From contig NC_135262.1 of assembly GCF_964204865.1 (NCBI RefSeq), positions 7,812,001 through 7,876,000 of the forward strand: a DNA stretch of 64,000 nucleotides. The letters run 5' to 3'. The notes below the pieces were generated by a model that was not told the DNA's origin, ran no database searches, and saw nothing but the letters and a program-made list of their open reading frames with translations. This document shows positions 1 to 11,200 of the stretch, in pieces. The translations under genes and the position numbers were made by a program. Within the stretch, counting starts at the first letter, position 1. Every line of letters begins with the position of its first letter. The stretch comes from Styela clava (taxonomy: Eukaryota).

Positions 1-3000
1 ATTAAAGAGAAAGGACAACACTTAGACACGTTACTGCAAAGTTTAGTCGCTTCATGTGAACCATTGAAGCCTAAAGCAGGGTAAGAATTGTTATTTATCA
101 TCTCTTTGATCTCTGTGTTTATACTTAATTATATATTATCTATATAGAATTTGAGTTAATATGCGGCAAGAATACCCAATTCGCTCCTTCAAAAACTTTT
201 AAATATGAACTCAAAAGAGGTTTCAGATCTTTTTAATCGCGTTTGATTTCTGTAATACAAATTTCAATGCATTGAAAATGCAATTTACATTCAATAACTT
301 CAAATTAAAGTGCAAAGTTTTAAAATATACCTACCATATTTAATTAATGCTCACAAATATCAGCCTGAACAGAGTATATTCAATTTCTGAAAATAAGACT
401 CAAATTGAGTCTATGACCCAAGTTTTCCCAGTAGATGTATGTGTGCTAATTATATGTTGCTACACACACAGTTGGATATAGCAGTTGAAATAAACATGGC
501 TAGCATGCATAATTTTTGGTGGTAATATTCACAATCAGCCTTTGACTCCAGGTTGAAAGAAAAAAAAATTGTTTGTTGGAAAATTGATAAAAACTTTTGA
601 GTACGACCTCAGTTCCACCACTCAAGTTCATCAAGTTTTGATCTAGCGCTCGCAAGCTTTCTATAAATTGACTGTATGGAGCGCTTAGTCAATCTATTTT
701 TAAATCTGTAGAAAATTTTGGGTTCGATTGTCGCCAGTAAAACTCCGAAAATCCAATTCCTCGAGATTAATATTTTAACTGTGGCCAATCTGACCCCCGA
801 CTCACAGCCATGTTACATACTAATACTTGTTACTGAAATTTTTTTTTACACATCTCATATCTGAATTCAAAAAAATGTTTTCAAAACCTTTTGTCAACTT
901 CATGTTTTGCTTATTTGGGTTTCGTTATTGTTTAAATACGATATTGTGTTACTAACTATTTTGTATTTCAGAAAATATGAAATGCCAAGTGATGATCCTG
1001 TAGTTCTTATGGATCAAAAGGTATTTTTTAAATATTTATATTCATACATATGACTACTAGAAAAAAGAAAACTTGTGGAAAATGATACGCCATCCAATTA
1101 ATTTACCAAAACCAAAATTTATTTTAACTTTGTTTCAAGATCCACAATGAGATGTATGCTGATGGTGACTGGCGGATGGATCCATCTGAATTCTCTCTTC
1201 CGAAACCTGGAGTTCAGCCAGAGATTCCACTAGATGGAGTGTGTGACTATATTTTGTATTTATGTAAGTATTAATACAATAATGAAATGCTCAAATATAT
1301 GGAATTGATTTCAAATTGATATTTGTGGTTAAAGCTGCTTAAAGCCTATTAAATCCGAGCCCCACGGAATTCGAAATTTTATTTTTTATTTGGATATTGC
1401 ACTACTATGTTACTTAAAAATAAACCAGTCCGCCATATTTTCGACAACACCAATGCTCGCTTTCAACTGCGATAATAACGTTGCGCAAATTTACGAGGTG
1501 TCGTGACTAAATTTTGATTGAAGCATTTGAATTATCAGATAATAGATATTAGTGTTAATCTCATATGTTACCATCTGTGCCGTGCATAATGGCGGTGCTT
1601 TCTTGTTCATATTATTTATTATAGTAATACAATGAGCAATAAAGTGTCTTTAACTATTTTTATTGTCAATAATTTAAAAAATTTTCAATTTAGCTAAAAG
1701 AGTTTTCGAAGTTGATGATTGGGCTTTTCATCTCATGGTGGCGCTAAAGATGGTCGTGCACAATACTGTTGAACCTTTTGTTCGAAAGTACGTTCTGTAA
1801 ATACTGAATTCTTTTTTATGCTACTTTTCATACACCTTACACTCTTAACAAGGCCCTATATAAGCAGTCGGAGATAGTGTGTCTACCCAATTAATAACAC
1901 CCTGGGTGAGGTGCATGGGATTTGAACTTGAGAGTTTTAATCAAGTCCAATGCTTAACTTCAGATCGTTGTGTCGGAGAAGTTACAAATTTGTGATGATT
2001 GCAGAAAAATATGTCTAGTGGGAAATGATTATATTTTGAAATATTTAAAAATATAATTTGCTTACCTGTTCGAACTGTTCAGGTAATATTTTAGGTGGAA
2101 ACATTTTTTTGGTACTCAAATTTTCCTCAAATATTTTTAGTTTGATTCAAGGCAAAATCAACACTTATAAACAAGAGCATCATGTCATTGGTCTTATTCA
2201 TACTTTTGAAGATTTATTGTTTAATGCTTCAGAACCAAGGTATGAAAATTATTTTTACAAATACCCTTCTATGTGATTAACTTTTCATTAAGATCTCTAT
2301 ACATGTTATTCAAAGAAAGTTACTTTACAATGAACATCATATTTTATTAAGGGTAACATGTTTAACATGATGGAATAATTTGAGTCACAATTTAGGATTT
2401 TTTCATATTTATCTGGGAGGAGAGGAAATTTGATAAAACAGCTTACGGTAATCGTCATAGGGCAAGCCATGGCCTCTACCCAATGCTGGCTGTATGTATG
2501 GTGTATCACAATATGGTGTATTACAACACATAAATAATAACTTATTCCATTCTGCATTCAGAACAGACAAGGATAAAATGGAAAGAAGAAATTCAACTTT
2601 TGCTGAATTAAAAGATTTCATTCCAAGTAAGTTTGGTAATGATTTTTTTACTCAGATTCCTTCGCATTTTGTTTGAATTTCTGTGATATCTTTCATTTAA
2701 CAAATTGTGCAAATGCATCTCTGAATAAACATCGCAATAGATTAGTATTCAGGCCATTAACGCAGTCAGCAGGGTGCATAATCGTAATAGGTGTCGTCTA
2801 TACTAATCCACAAGCGACATAAGTCTCGAAACTACAAATTAAATTATTTAAAATGCATGGTTTGGACAAAACAGTATAAATAACGAATGTAAATTGATAA
2901 GAACCGAATGCAAATTGTCGATTTTAATCATGCATTGCGCCTTGACCGTATTGTTTCAATTCCAGCCTGATCCATGTTAAGCATCCTGGCTGTGCCCCGA

Positions 3001-3788
3001 TTCAATTTAACGTGTTTACTGAGGTTTCATAATTTTTCTTCTTTTTCCATTGTAAGAGGGGAAATCTAGCCACTATGATTCTGGATATGAATCCATCCAT
3101 ATTTTTACACAAACAGATCAGCTTACTCCTTACTTACCATTGCCGATGCAGCATTCTACAGTGATTTAACGAAGAATGGTTGTTTTGAAATCTCTTATTA
3201 GTCGTTGGATCTTCATGTTCATATCATTGATCATTAATTACTCTTTTGAATGCATTTTCAGAACATTTTGCGAATTTTGTGGGAAAGGAAAAACATGAAA
3301 CCGGATGTGATAAAGTTTTCAGTTTGTTACAGATGCCCAAATTAAATAAACAGGTAATCAATTATCACATACAATACAAATTAGTGAAACATTTCTATAC
3401 CGGTCATATTGCCAAATAAATTTGCTGTTGTAGTAGTACTGGTAAAATATTTTGCCTTGGCTGACCATTCTAGCTTATAACAGGATAGCATGTTAGCTTG
3501 GGAGATTCTCTAATTTGATTGTTTGATTATTCCGTTGGCTGTCATTGGCATCATAAATTTCATAACCAATAGGGTTATGGAGTTGTAGAAAAGTTCTACC
3601 AGACTGAAAGATCTTATTTCTGAATTCTTGGAAATGCGCCAACCACCCCACCAATGTGCCTAGTTATTGACGATCTGAACTTCGACTTCTAATTATATTT
3701 TCAGCTTGGATATCTTCTTCTTGATGCATTCTTGCTCGAATTATTTCCTGAGTTAGTAACTGATGACATTTCACCTTCAAAAAAATGA
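1..3788 (+). CDS. SNX14: Sorting nexin-14-like, 3' part (Nexin_C region); gene begins upstream of the window. Exons approx. 1-80, 972-1020, 1140-1263, 1694-1787, 2141-2239, 2562-2626, 3262-3353, 3705-3788
   Basis: GT-AG spliced reading gives IKEKGQHLDTLLQSLVASCE...LDGVCDYILYL...HHVIGLIHTFEDLLF...GCDKVFSLLQMPKLNKQ/LGYLLLDAFLLELFPEL...*. The KEKGQHL and LNKQLxYxLLDxxLxELFPEL motifs match SNX13/14 C-termini. Stop TGA at 3786-3788. Confidence 0.85.
1329..1653. mobile_element. Possible TTAA-flanked non-autonomous DNA transposon (Kolobok-like) in an SNX14 intron
   Basis: Ends ttaaagctgctt ... aagtgtctttaa form an imperfect inverted repeat bounded by TTAA. Confidence 0.3.
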
Positions 3789-5387
3789 TTACCACACACT
3801 GTAACACCACCATCAGAATACCTTGCTTACTTTCAAACATGTTTCAGGATTGCTGCACTACTTTGAAATTGGCTTTTATACTCCGGGTTTGGATTTGGAT
3901 TATTCAGAATATTCATAGGAATTATTGTTTGTAAAAAATAATTGTAAGACTTGAATCCACTCGTTCATACTTCCTTCTCCAAAATTATGGGCTATTTTTG
4001 TCCAACTTATTTTCACATTGGTTACTTCAATTTAGTCCCATTTTAACTCTAGTGCAGTAGTAGAACTTGAGTTTTTTTTGAGACTTAAAAATCTTATCTT
4101 CTCATTGGTAAGGCTTCTGCATTTATACGAGTCGAGGAAATAATCTACGTTCATCACTATTTTGCTGTGCTTTATCGAAATATATTTTGATTAGCCAAGA
4201 ATAGTCAAACTACTACTAATAGTTCTCATTGTGCTGTGTGAATGGTAATAGTCACTAGTGACCCTCTCAATCAGCCAGTCCCAGTATGCAGTTGTCACCA
4301 TCTATGCTTATGTTGTATTGGAAGTCTTTTCTGAAATATCGTACTGTGTTGTTTAGTTATTAATGAATTTAGGTATGTCCTGAATATTTAGAGTTTTTGT
4401 TTTGCTTTTACGTTATTGAGATTGCTATCATGTGCAATATATCACTGTCTATTTCTGTTAAAATTATATAAGTATATGTTGTTGGTTATGTTTGTATTAG
4501 AATAGTTATACAGATCGAAAAAAAGTTTATGGAAATGCATGTGTTTACTTTATTTAGCGGACTTCAAGGTTGGGTAGTTTAAGGTTGTGATTTGGTTTTA
4601 AAATATGCGCCCTAGTGTGTGTTTCGAAAAGCAAACGGGTAGATATGCTTGAGAGTCCGGCCTTGGGTCGCTGGAACCTATGCGACGGCATCACTCCGAT
4701 GGCAGGCACTGATGCTAAGACTAATATATTTTTTGTCTCTCCGTGCGAGCTATGTCCCGAACGGTTCGTTTCACATAGCGCTGGGACGCTCTGTGTTTCT
4801 GTAGCTGTGATGTTTAACAAGAGGTATTCTGCGTAAAAAAAACATTTTATCGTCGCCAAACGGTGATTTCGAAGTGCACCCACAGTGCTGTATCATGGCC
4901 TTTAGAGGCCCAAAGCACTCAATACTTTGATGCCCTGTATATAAAATATAATAATAGGAATGTAACAAGTGTTCTGTGTTACTTGAAATTAAAGTAAGTT
5001 TCAGTTTTCACTACTGATTGAAGACCAAATTATGATTAATTTACATATTTTTTAAAAGTATTTCTCATGCTTACGAACAATTTATAGAGGTTTAAGATGA
5101 TATTTGAGAGAGAAAAACAAGCAAAATTTATTCCAGCCTGGCCAATATAGAGGTCTATATCATCTGACCAATCATTTCATTAAACACTGAGACACTATTA
5201 AAACTTGGCTATGAAAATTACTGTGATCTCCCCTTTTCCTTGGTCCCCCAGCACGTGCCTGTTTTGCCTAATGGTTAATTCAGCCCTGCCTACAACATCT
5301 TTGCTTTATACGTCCACAAATCAGTCAGCATAATAAGCTAGACCAAATAAAGTTAGTGTCGCGTTGTAACCCAAACAGTAATGTTAC

Positions 5388-5558
5388 AAAGCGTCAGTAA
5401 TGAAGGTTTTAAGTAGCATTTCATCTTAACTGCAATACTGTCAAAAAGCGTCAGTCGTTAGATGTTTAAATGCATTTCATGGTAACCCCAGTACTGTCGA
5501 AAAGCGTCAGTCGTTAAATGTTTAAATGGCATTTCATCATATCTCCGATACTGTAGAA
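5388..5558. repeat. Tandem repeat, about 57-bp unit x3
   Basis: aaagcgtcagt...tttaa.t.gcatttcat...tactgt recurs at about 5388, 5445 and 5501. Confidence 0.8.
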
Positions 5559-5925
5559 ATCGCTAGCAGCACACCAATTGTACTTAGTTATTTTTTATGT
5601 CCTCACTTTAATATTATGAAGTTATCAGTATCCATACTTGTATGGCGGACGCTACGACTGTCCGTACGTAAGTTTATTCTTGACACGGGCACACTACGAT
5701 CCGCGGGCCAAATCCGGTCGGATGGTTATTTTAATCTGGCCCGCTTGATGCTGCCACGATCAAACTAAAACCAAATTTTGGTCCCCCAGGGTGCACGGCA
5801 AAACCTAATAATTTATCATAAAGCGACTTCGATTACATACTTCCCTTTTAAAATAAAATTCTCCGATCAGGCTTCACCGCAGTTTCATTGCCTGAATAGG
5901 TTATTTGCGATCGCAGGGTGTATTC

Positions 5926-6320
5926 CAGGGGTTCCCAAACCAGGGGTCGCGACCCCAAATTGGGTCGGAGTGATAAGTAGGTAGAGTCGCAAACAGGTCA
6001 TGGGGTCGCTGAGGTATGATAGAAGATGGATGTACAAAACATCTGAGATTTGACAAACCATGTTAAATTTAGCAGTTTGTACCATGTCTTACTGTAAAAC
6101 AGGACCATAGGCATCGCTCTATGCTTATTCTATAGAAAATGTAGGCGCTTGTTTGGTTTTAGCTTATTTTACTACCACCACATGACCAAACTCAAAAGTT
6201 CAGTGAAACAAGCTCTAAAGTTCCATGAAAAATATATATATATATATATTGACCTGGGGTCGCACTGGAAACTTGAAAGATGTATTTGGGGTCGTCCCCA
6301 AAAAAGCTTGGGAACCCCTG
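5926..6320. mobile_element. hAT-like MITE
   Basis: TIR caggggttcccaa ... ttgggaacccctg, subterminal ggggtcgc motifs, and a flanking direct repeat gtattc (5920-5925 and 6321-6326). Confidence 0.8.
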
Positions 6321-6869
6321 GTATTCACTTTCTTGTGCGTGAATTGTTTGATCACAATGGAATTTGAAATCTACCAATCAAAGTATTTAGACGGTACCTG
6401 TAGAGTTGACGGACCGTTTCACTAGAGTGCGAGATAACCTTCGTTATCGTATTATTGACGCAAAAGCGCATTTGTAAATTCCTAATGCCCAAAATACAAA
6501 AATATACGACAGATACGTTGGCTTTGGCTTTAGCAAGAAAGCCTTTCAATGCTAGTTCAATTTGCCGCGACTTATCTGTGCGAATCTGGTTCTTCTGATC
6601 TTGTTACGATCAAAACAAAATCTAGAAACCGTCTTGATGTTGGCAATGACATTCCTCTGGCTATATCAAAAACGGTGTCTAGTATAAGGAACCTCGTCAG
6701 ACCAATGACATTAAATGTTTAATGTCATTGTCAGACAGTCCCAAGCGCAATATTCCCATTGGTTGTATACTAAAAAGCTTTTAGTTTCTTGTCTGGGGTT
6801 TGCTTTTGCGTTTCATGAAAGGTCGTAAAAACTTAATACAATCCAACACGTTTAGTTTTTTGGAATGGC

Positions 6870-7276
6870 GAACAGGGGGGGGGGGGGGGGGGCACGAGTG
6901 CAAAAAGGCGCCGGAAGGGAGTCACGAGCCATAAAAAGTGGAGAACCACTGCTCTATGCTATAACATGGACGGTTTTCAATCGGGGACCTTTGACTTTCT
7001 AAGGGGGCCACAGGGCAGTTAGAAGGGGGCCACAATACTAGGAGCATAACTGATTATTAGTTTTTCTTTACAAAAAAACTCATTCTTCCCATTTTAGTTG
7101 CTTGATAAGATTATTTCCCAGGGTGTTTACTCGTAGCTGAGCATGAATTGTTTGAACACAACATGATTTGGAATCTGACAACTCTATAAATTTTACTAGA
7201 ATGATAGATAGGGGGGGCATGATTGCTAAAAGCTTCAGGAAGGGGGCCACGAGCGACGAAAGGTTGGAAACCCCTG
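6870..7276. mobile_element. Adjacent hAT-like MITE remnants
   Basis: Typical right ends aaaaagtggagaaccactg (~6950) and aaaggttggaaacccctg (7276), with repeated gggggccac subterminal motifs. Left ends are degenerate. Confidence 0.55.
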
Positions 7277-8249
7277 TATTAGACTCTATACTATTATCAT
7301 GACTATTACTTCGTATAAATTTGATGAAGGATATAGTTTGATATTTATATTATCTCCGGATCGAAAATTGTTGATTAATATAACGTTATAACTTCTCATA
7401 CCGGTAATAACGACATAAAACCATGGCAAGGCAAGAGACGTCGCGGTTTGTCCATGGTAGGAGCCGCTATGTAGTTGTAAGATCTGCGCATCAATTTCCG
7501 AGGAATGATTTGTTCTTGTAACAGCTATCATCGTTTACAACTAATAGTAAATGCTTTTAACTTGATGCGTCTGATTTTGAAGACATATTCCAATCGTTTC
7601 GCAAAAGAATAATTATGTCTCGCTTTTTTAGATAAAAATGCATGACTCAGATATAAGAAAAGCTTATATATATTGCTTGTTTCATACCTGTTGAGTGTTT
7701 TTTATTATAAATAAACCTGGTAGAAATCACTCGCTATTGCGTACAACTGTGTGAGTTCATCATCAAACTGACTAATCACTGCGACGAAGTATCTCTATGA
7801 GAATGAAGTATCTCTATACGTCGCGTGTAACGTTGATATATTTGTCTACACAGTGAGTAATCGATTCCAAAACAAAACTAAAAACATAGATGACACAACA
7901 ATATTGACGTTAATATAAAACCAACTACTTACTATACATATAGTGACACATGTTGGCATCAGCTATATTAAACAAATGTATCAACTCGTGTTCGTAATGA
8001 TTAATTAGTATTCTGAAATACAAGATAAGCTTTGTTCCAATCACATGAGTAACAAACATCACTCACGACAAGCCGAACGTATTGTTTATTAAATGATTTA
8101 TACATGTCGTGTACATTTTATGAAGCAATCACGCACATGCATCAAAGCATTACGAGACCAAGTCGCAATATAGCAAGTTAACACCCGTTTCAAAATCGAT
8201 ATTCATCGCTTGGGAAGATTCAGTTAGGAGAGCTGATCGACCTGTCAAA

Positions 8250-11200
8250 ATGTCTACAGCCGAAACGGGATTCTACTCTGAAATTCCAGATAATCCGAGT
8301 AAAAGTAACGCTTTGCCAGCGAATGACAGTATTTATGAAACGCCATGCGTTCAACAGAAAAAGCTTGAAGGTATTTTGACTTTTAGTTTATAACGGGTAT
8401 CATTCGTTTCCGACGTAGCTGCTTTTCCAACTAATGGAAAAATACCATTATTCCATGTCACATTTGCCTTGTGAGAAATTTATCACGAATCATGAAATTT
8501 TCCGGAAATCTGGACATAATTGACTTCATTCCAAAATCCTGTGAACATTCGGTTGAAGTTTGAATTCTGATATCATTCCAGATACTAAAGACACAACAGT
8601 AAGGGGAGGACTGATTGCTCTGGCAATATTTTTAGCAATGGTTATTGGACTTGTTGTTTTTGGTCTTGTGATTATCATACAGGTTAGAAAAATGATTATT
8701 CTATCAATATTGTACCAAAAAGTCTTTAGAATCTATTTCATCAACAGCGTAACAAGCGAATTTTGTCAAAACATTCGGAATTCACAATACATAACGAGTC
8801 GATAACAAAACCTTAGAACATTTAAAACGTCACAGAAGGGCTTGCTGTCTATCCTGTTCTATTTTGAATAAACGACAAAGCTATTTACCCAAAACCCATA
8901 CGCCAAAAATATTTGATTAATGAAACTACAAATCAAATCTCCTTTCTTCCCGAATGTTGTGGGAAATTGTGTATAAACAATGGGGTTGACTTTAAAAATG
9001 CACTAATGGATATAAACTTTCGAGAACTTATTTGAGAAAATCTTCAAAAGAAAAAAACTTTCGACATGAATAGACCTAATTTATTGTCTTTATGGAAGTG
9101 ATTCTGGATTAACCGACAATTATTGCCTCAAATCCATTGTAGGTAGCGAGTTAAATAATTCAATGCTCTTAATAATTATTCTTATACTGAACTGAATTTC
9201 GGTGATTTGAAAACCGAAACAATACAATTTCTCTGATTCCTGAAACTACGTACGAACACTAAAACAATTTGATTATATCAACAGCTCCAGGGTGAGATGA
9301 GAATTATGAAAGAGCAACTGGAACATCAGGAAAACCAATCATTTGCTAGGTTGAAATCACTAGAAGAAAATGGTAATGTTGAGATAATAAACATTGGTTA
9401 CAAGAAAAACAACAAACTACGGCCCTGAAAATAAATTCTTTTACAATGTGATTAGGATTGTTATTGTGAATAGTTTTGTTAGCGATCGCTATCCCAGTAA
9501 CAAACAGCACGATGTCTTATATTCTATAATCCTAATATAGTCCAGATACATGTATATGTTATCAATCGTATATATGTTCTATTCTACATCTGAAGATAGT
9601 CATTACTTATCGATTTTAATCGGTAAGTATGTTGATAGGTATTTGTCTGTCTGTTTGTTTGTCTGTCTGTCTGTTAGATGCATGCGATATCTCACGAAAG
9701 CGAGATTGAATCTGCTCCAGATTTTGGATGTGCATTCATCATATGTCGTACCAGAAGCCTATTGATTTTGGATGAATTATGTAGTATAATTAGCGAGTTA
9801 TTAATTAATTAGTGATGGGACACAAGGTGTCACTATGGAGTAAGAGCGCTGTTCTGGGATCCCCTAACTTTCGATCGATAAGTCTTCGATCTCTGACCGA
9901 TATTCTCGTTATTTGATTGGCGTTGCGTATAGTCAGTAATATTTGCTTACATGATCAGACAAAGAGTAAATCTACATTGCAGGTCAATGAACGACATACT
10001 TGTACTTTTTACAGCCTCACAAATTATTTACTCAAACCTTGATGAACAGCAAATCCAAATAAACCAATCGGTTGAAGATATTTCAAGTTTAAATATTTTT
10101 TATGAAAATCTGGCGATGAGAGTGATACAAGGTAGGGTATAATATTGAATCGAAGCTTTTTCACAATGTTAACTGTAGATTGAGTTCCTATTATCGTACA
10201 AAAATTAATCTAATTTTCACGCATGATAGTTCAAAGCAAAAGTCTTCATTTAATAGTGTTTATGTCTTCCCATGCTTTTTCATTATTTGACGCTCCTGAA
10301 GTAGGAGTACCAATTTGGAGGTAACTAATTTTGTCCGCCTATTTTACATCAATTTGGGTAAAGGGACTGAAACCACGGACAGGGGGTATATTCACTTGGC
10401 TAACACAGACAGTCCCCAACTCGTAATAGAACTAATACAAGGAAAATCGGAATAAAATTATGGCCTAACCCTAACTGAGTACGCGTATTTCGTTTCGCGT
10501 ATTTTATTTCCAACGAAAACTGAATCACTGCTACAATGTGACGAAATATTGCAACTATTTTACAGACTCAGAGGAAGTTAATTCCAAACTTACTGAAGTG
10601 CAGATCAGTCTAATTCAATCTATTGACGATATATCGAGCGTGAATCGTTCTCAACAACAATTGATGAAATTAGTTATTCAAGGTAGGTTAATGAATCAAA
10701 ATTACCCAACGTATAATAAATTACAATAATCGGTATCACTGCTGTGACGTACAGAGATGGCCAATTCGAATTTAATATATTTCGAATATCGCGACCTTCC
10801 TATATCATATCGTTTTTTGTGTTCATAAGAATACCGAATATCGCGCACACATTTTAGCGTCGCCGTCCACGTTTTGATTGAAATCATTTTACGATTCCTT
10901 TTTTTTCCCATCGTAATCGAAGACAGACTTGTGCCGTCCGGCAATAAATTACAATCGACATGTAAGGATTTCAATAAGCGCCGACAAGAAGTGCTTACAA
11001 TACGTCGGGGATGTTTTTAATTGAAAATATTTTACTATTATTATCGTATATTCCAACTTAGTCGAGAAAGTTCGTGCAAACTGTGTCGGAATTATTCTTC
11101 ACTTTCGATAGTGACTGAACATAACGGGAAATTTTTCATTCCTTTGCATTTACAGCGTATTAAATAACTCTTAAATTTTATTTAGTATCGCGTATCTTAC

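Noticed and set aside
1860-1970. tRNA gene on the minus strand (B-box-like gttcaaatccc)
   Set aside because: No cloverleaf; at most a decayed tRNA-derived SINE.
1992-2040. Intronic C/D snoRNA candidate (gtgatga box C)
   Set aside because: No properly placed CTGA box D or terminal stem.
4554-4883. 109-aa minus-strand ORF and overlapping ORFs in the GC-rich island
   Set aside because: Non-ATG starts, no recognisable motifs and no splice context; likely by-products of the higher GC content.
4897-4910. ggcctttagaggcc resembling a histone 3' stem-loop
   Set aside because: Stem length and loop do not fit the consensus, and there is no histone gene upstream.
5388-5558. Regularly spaced repeats as a CRISPR array
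   Set aside because: The whole unit repeats with no unique spacers; eukaryotic context; no cas genes.
10464-10476. cctaaccctaac as a telomerase RNA template or interstitial telomere
   Set aside because: It is part of a multicopy MITE seen several times in the window.
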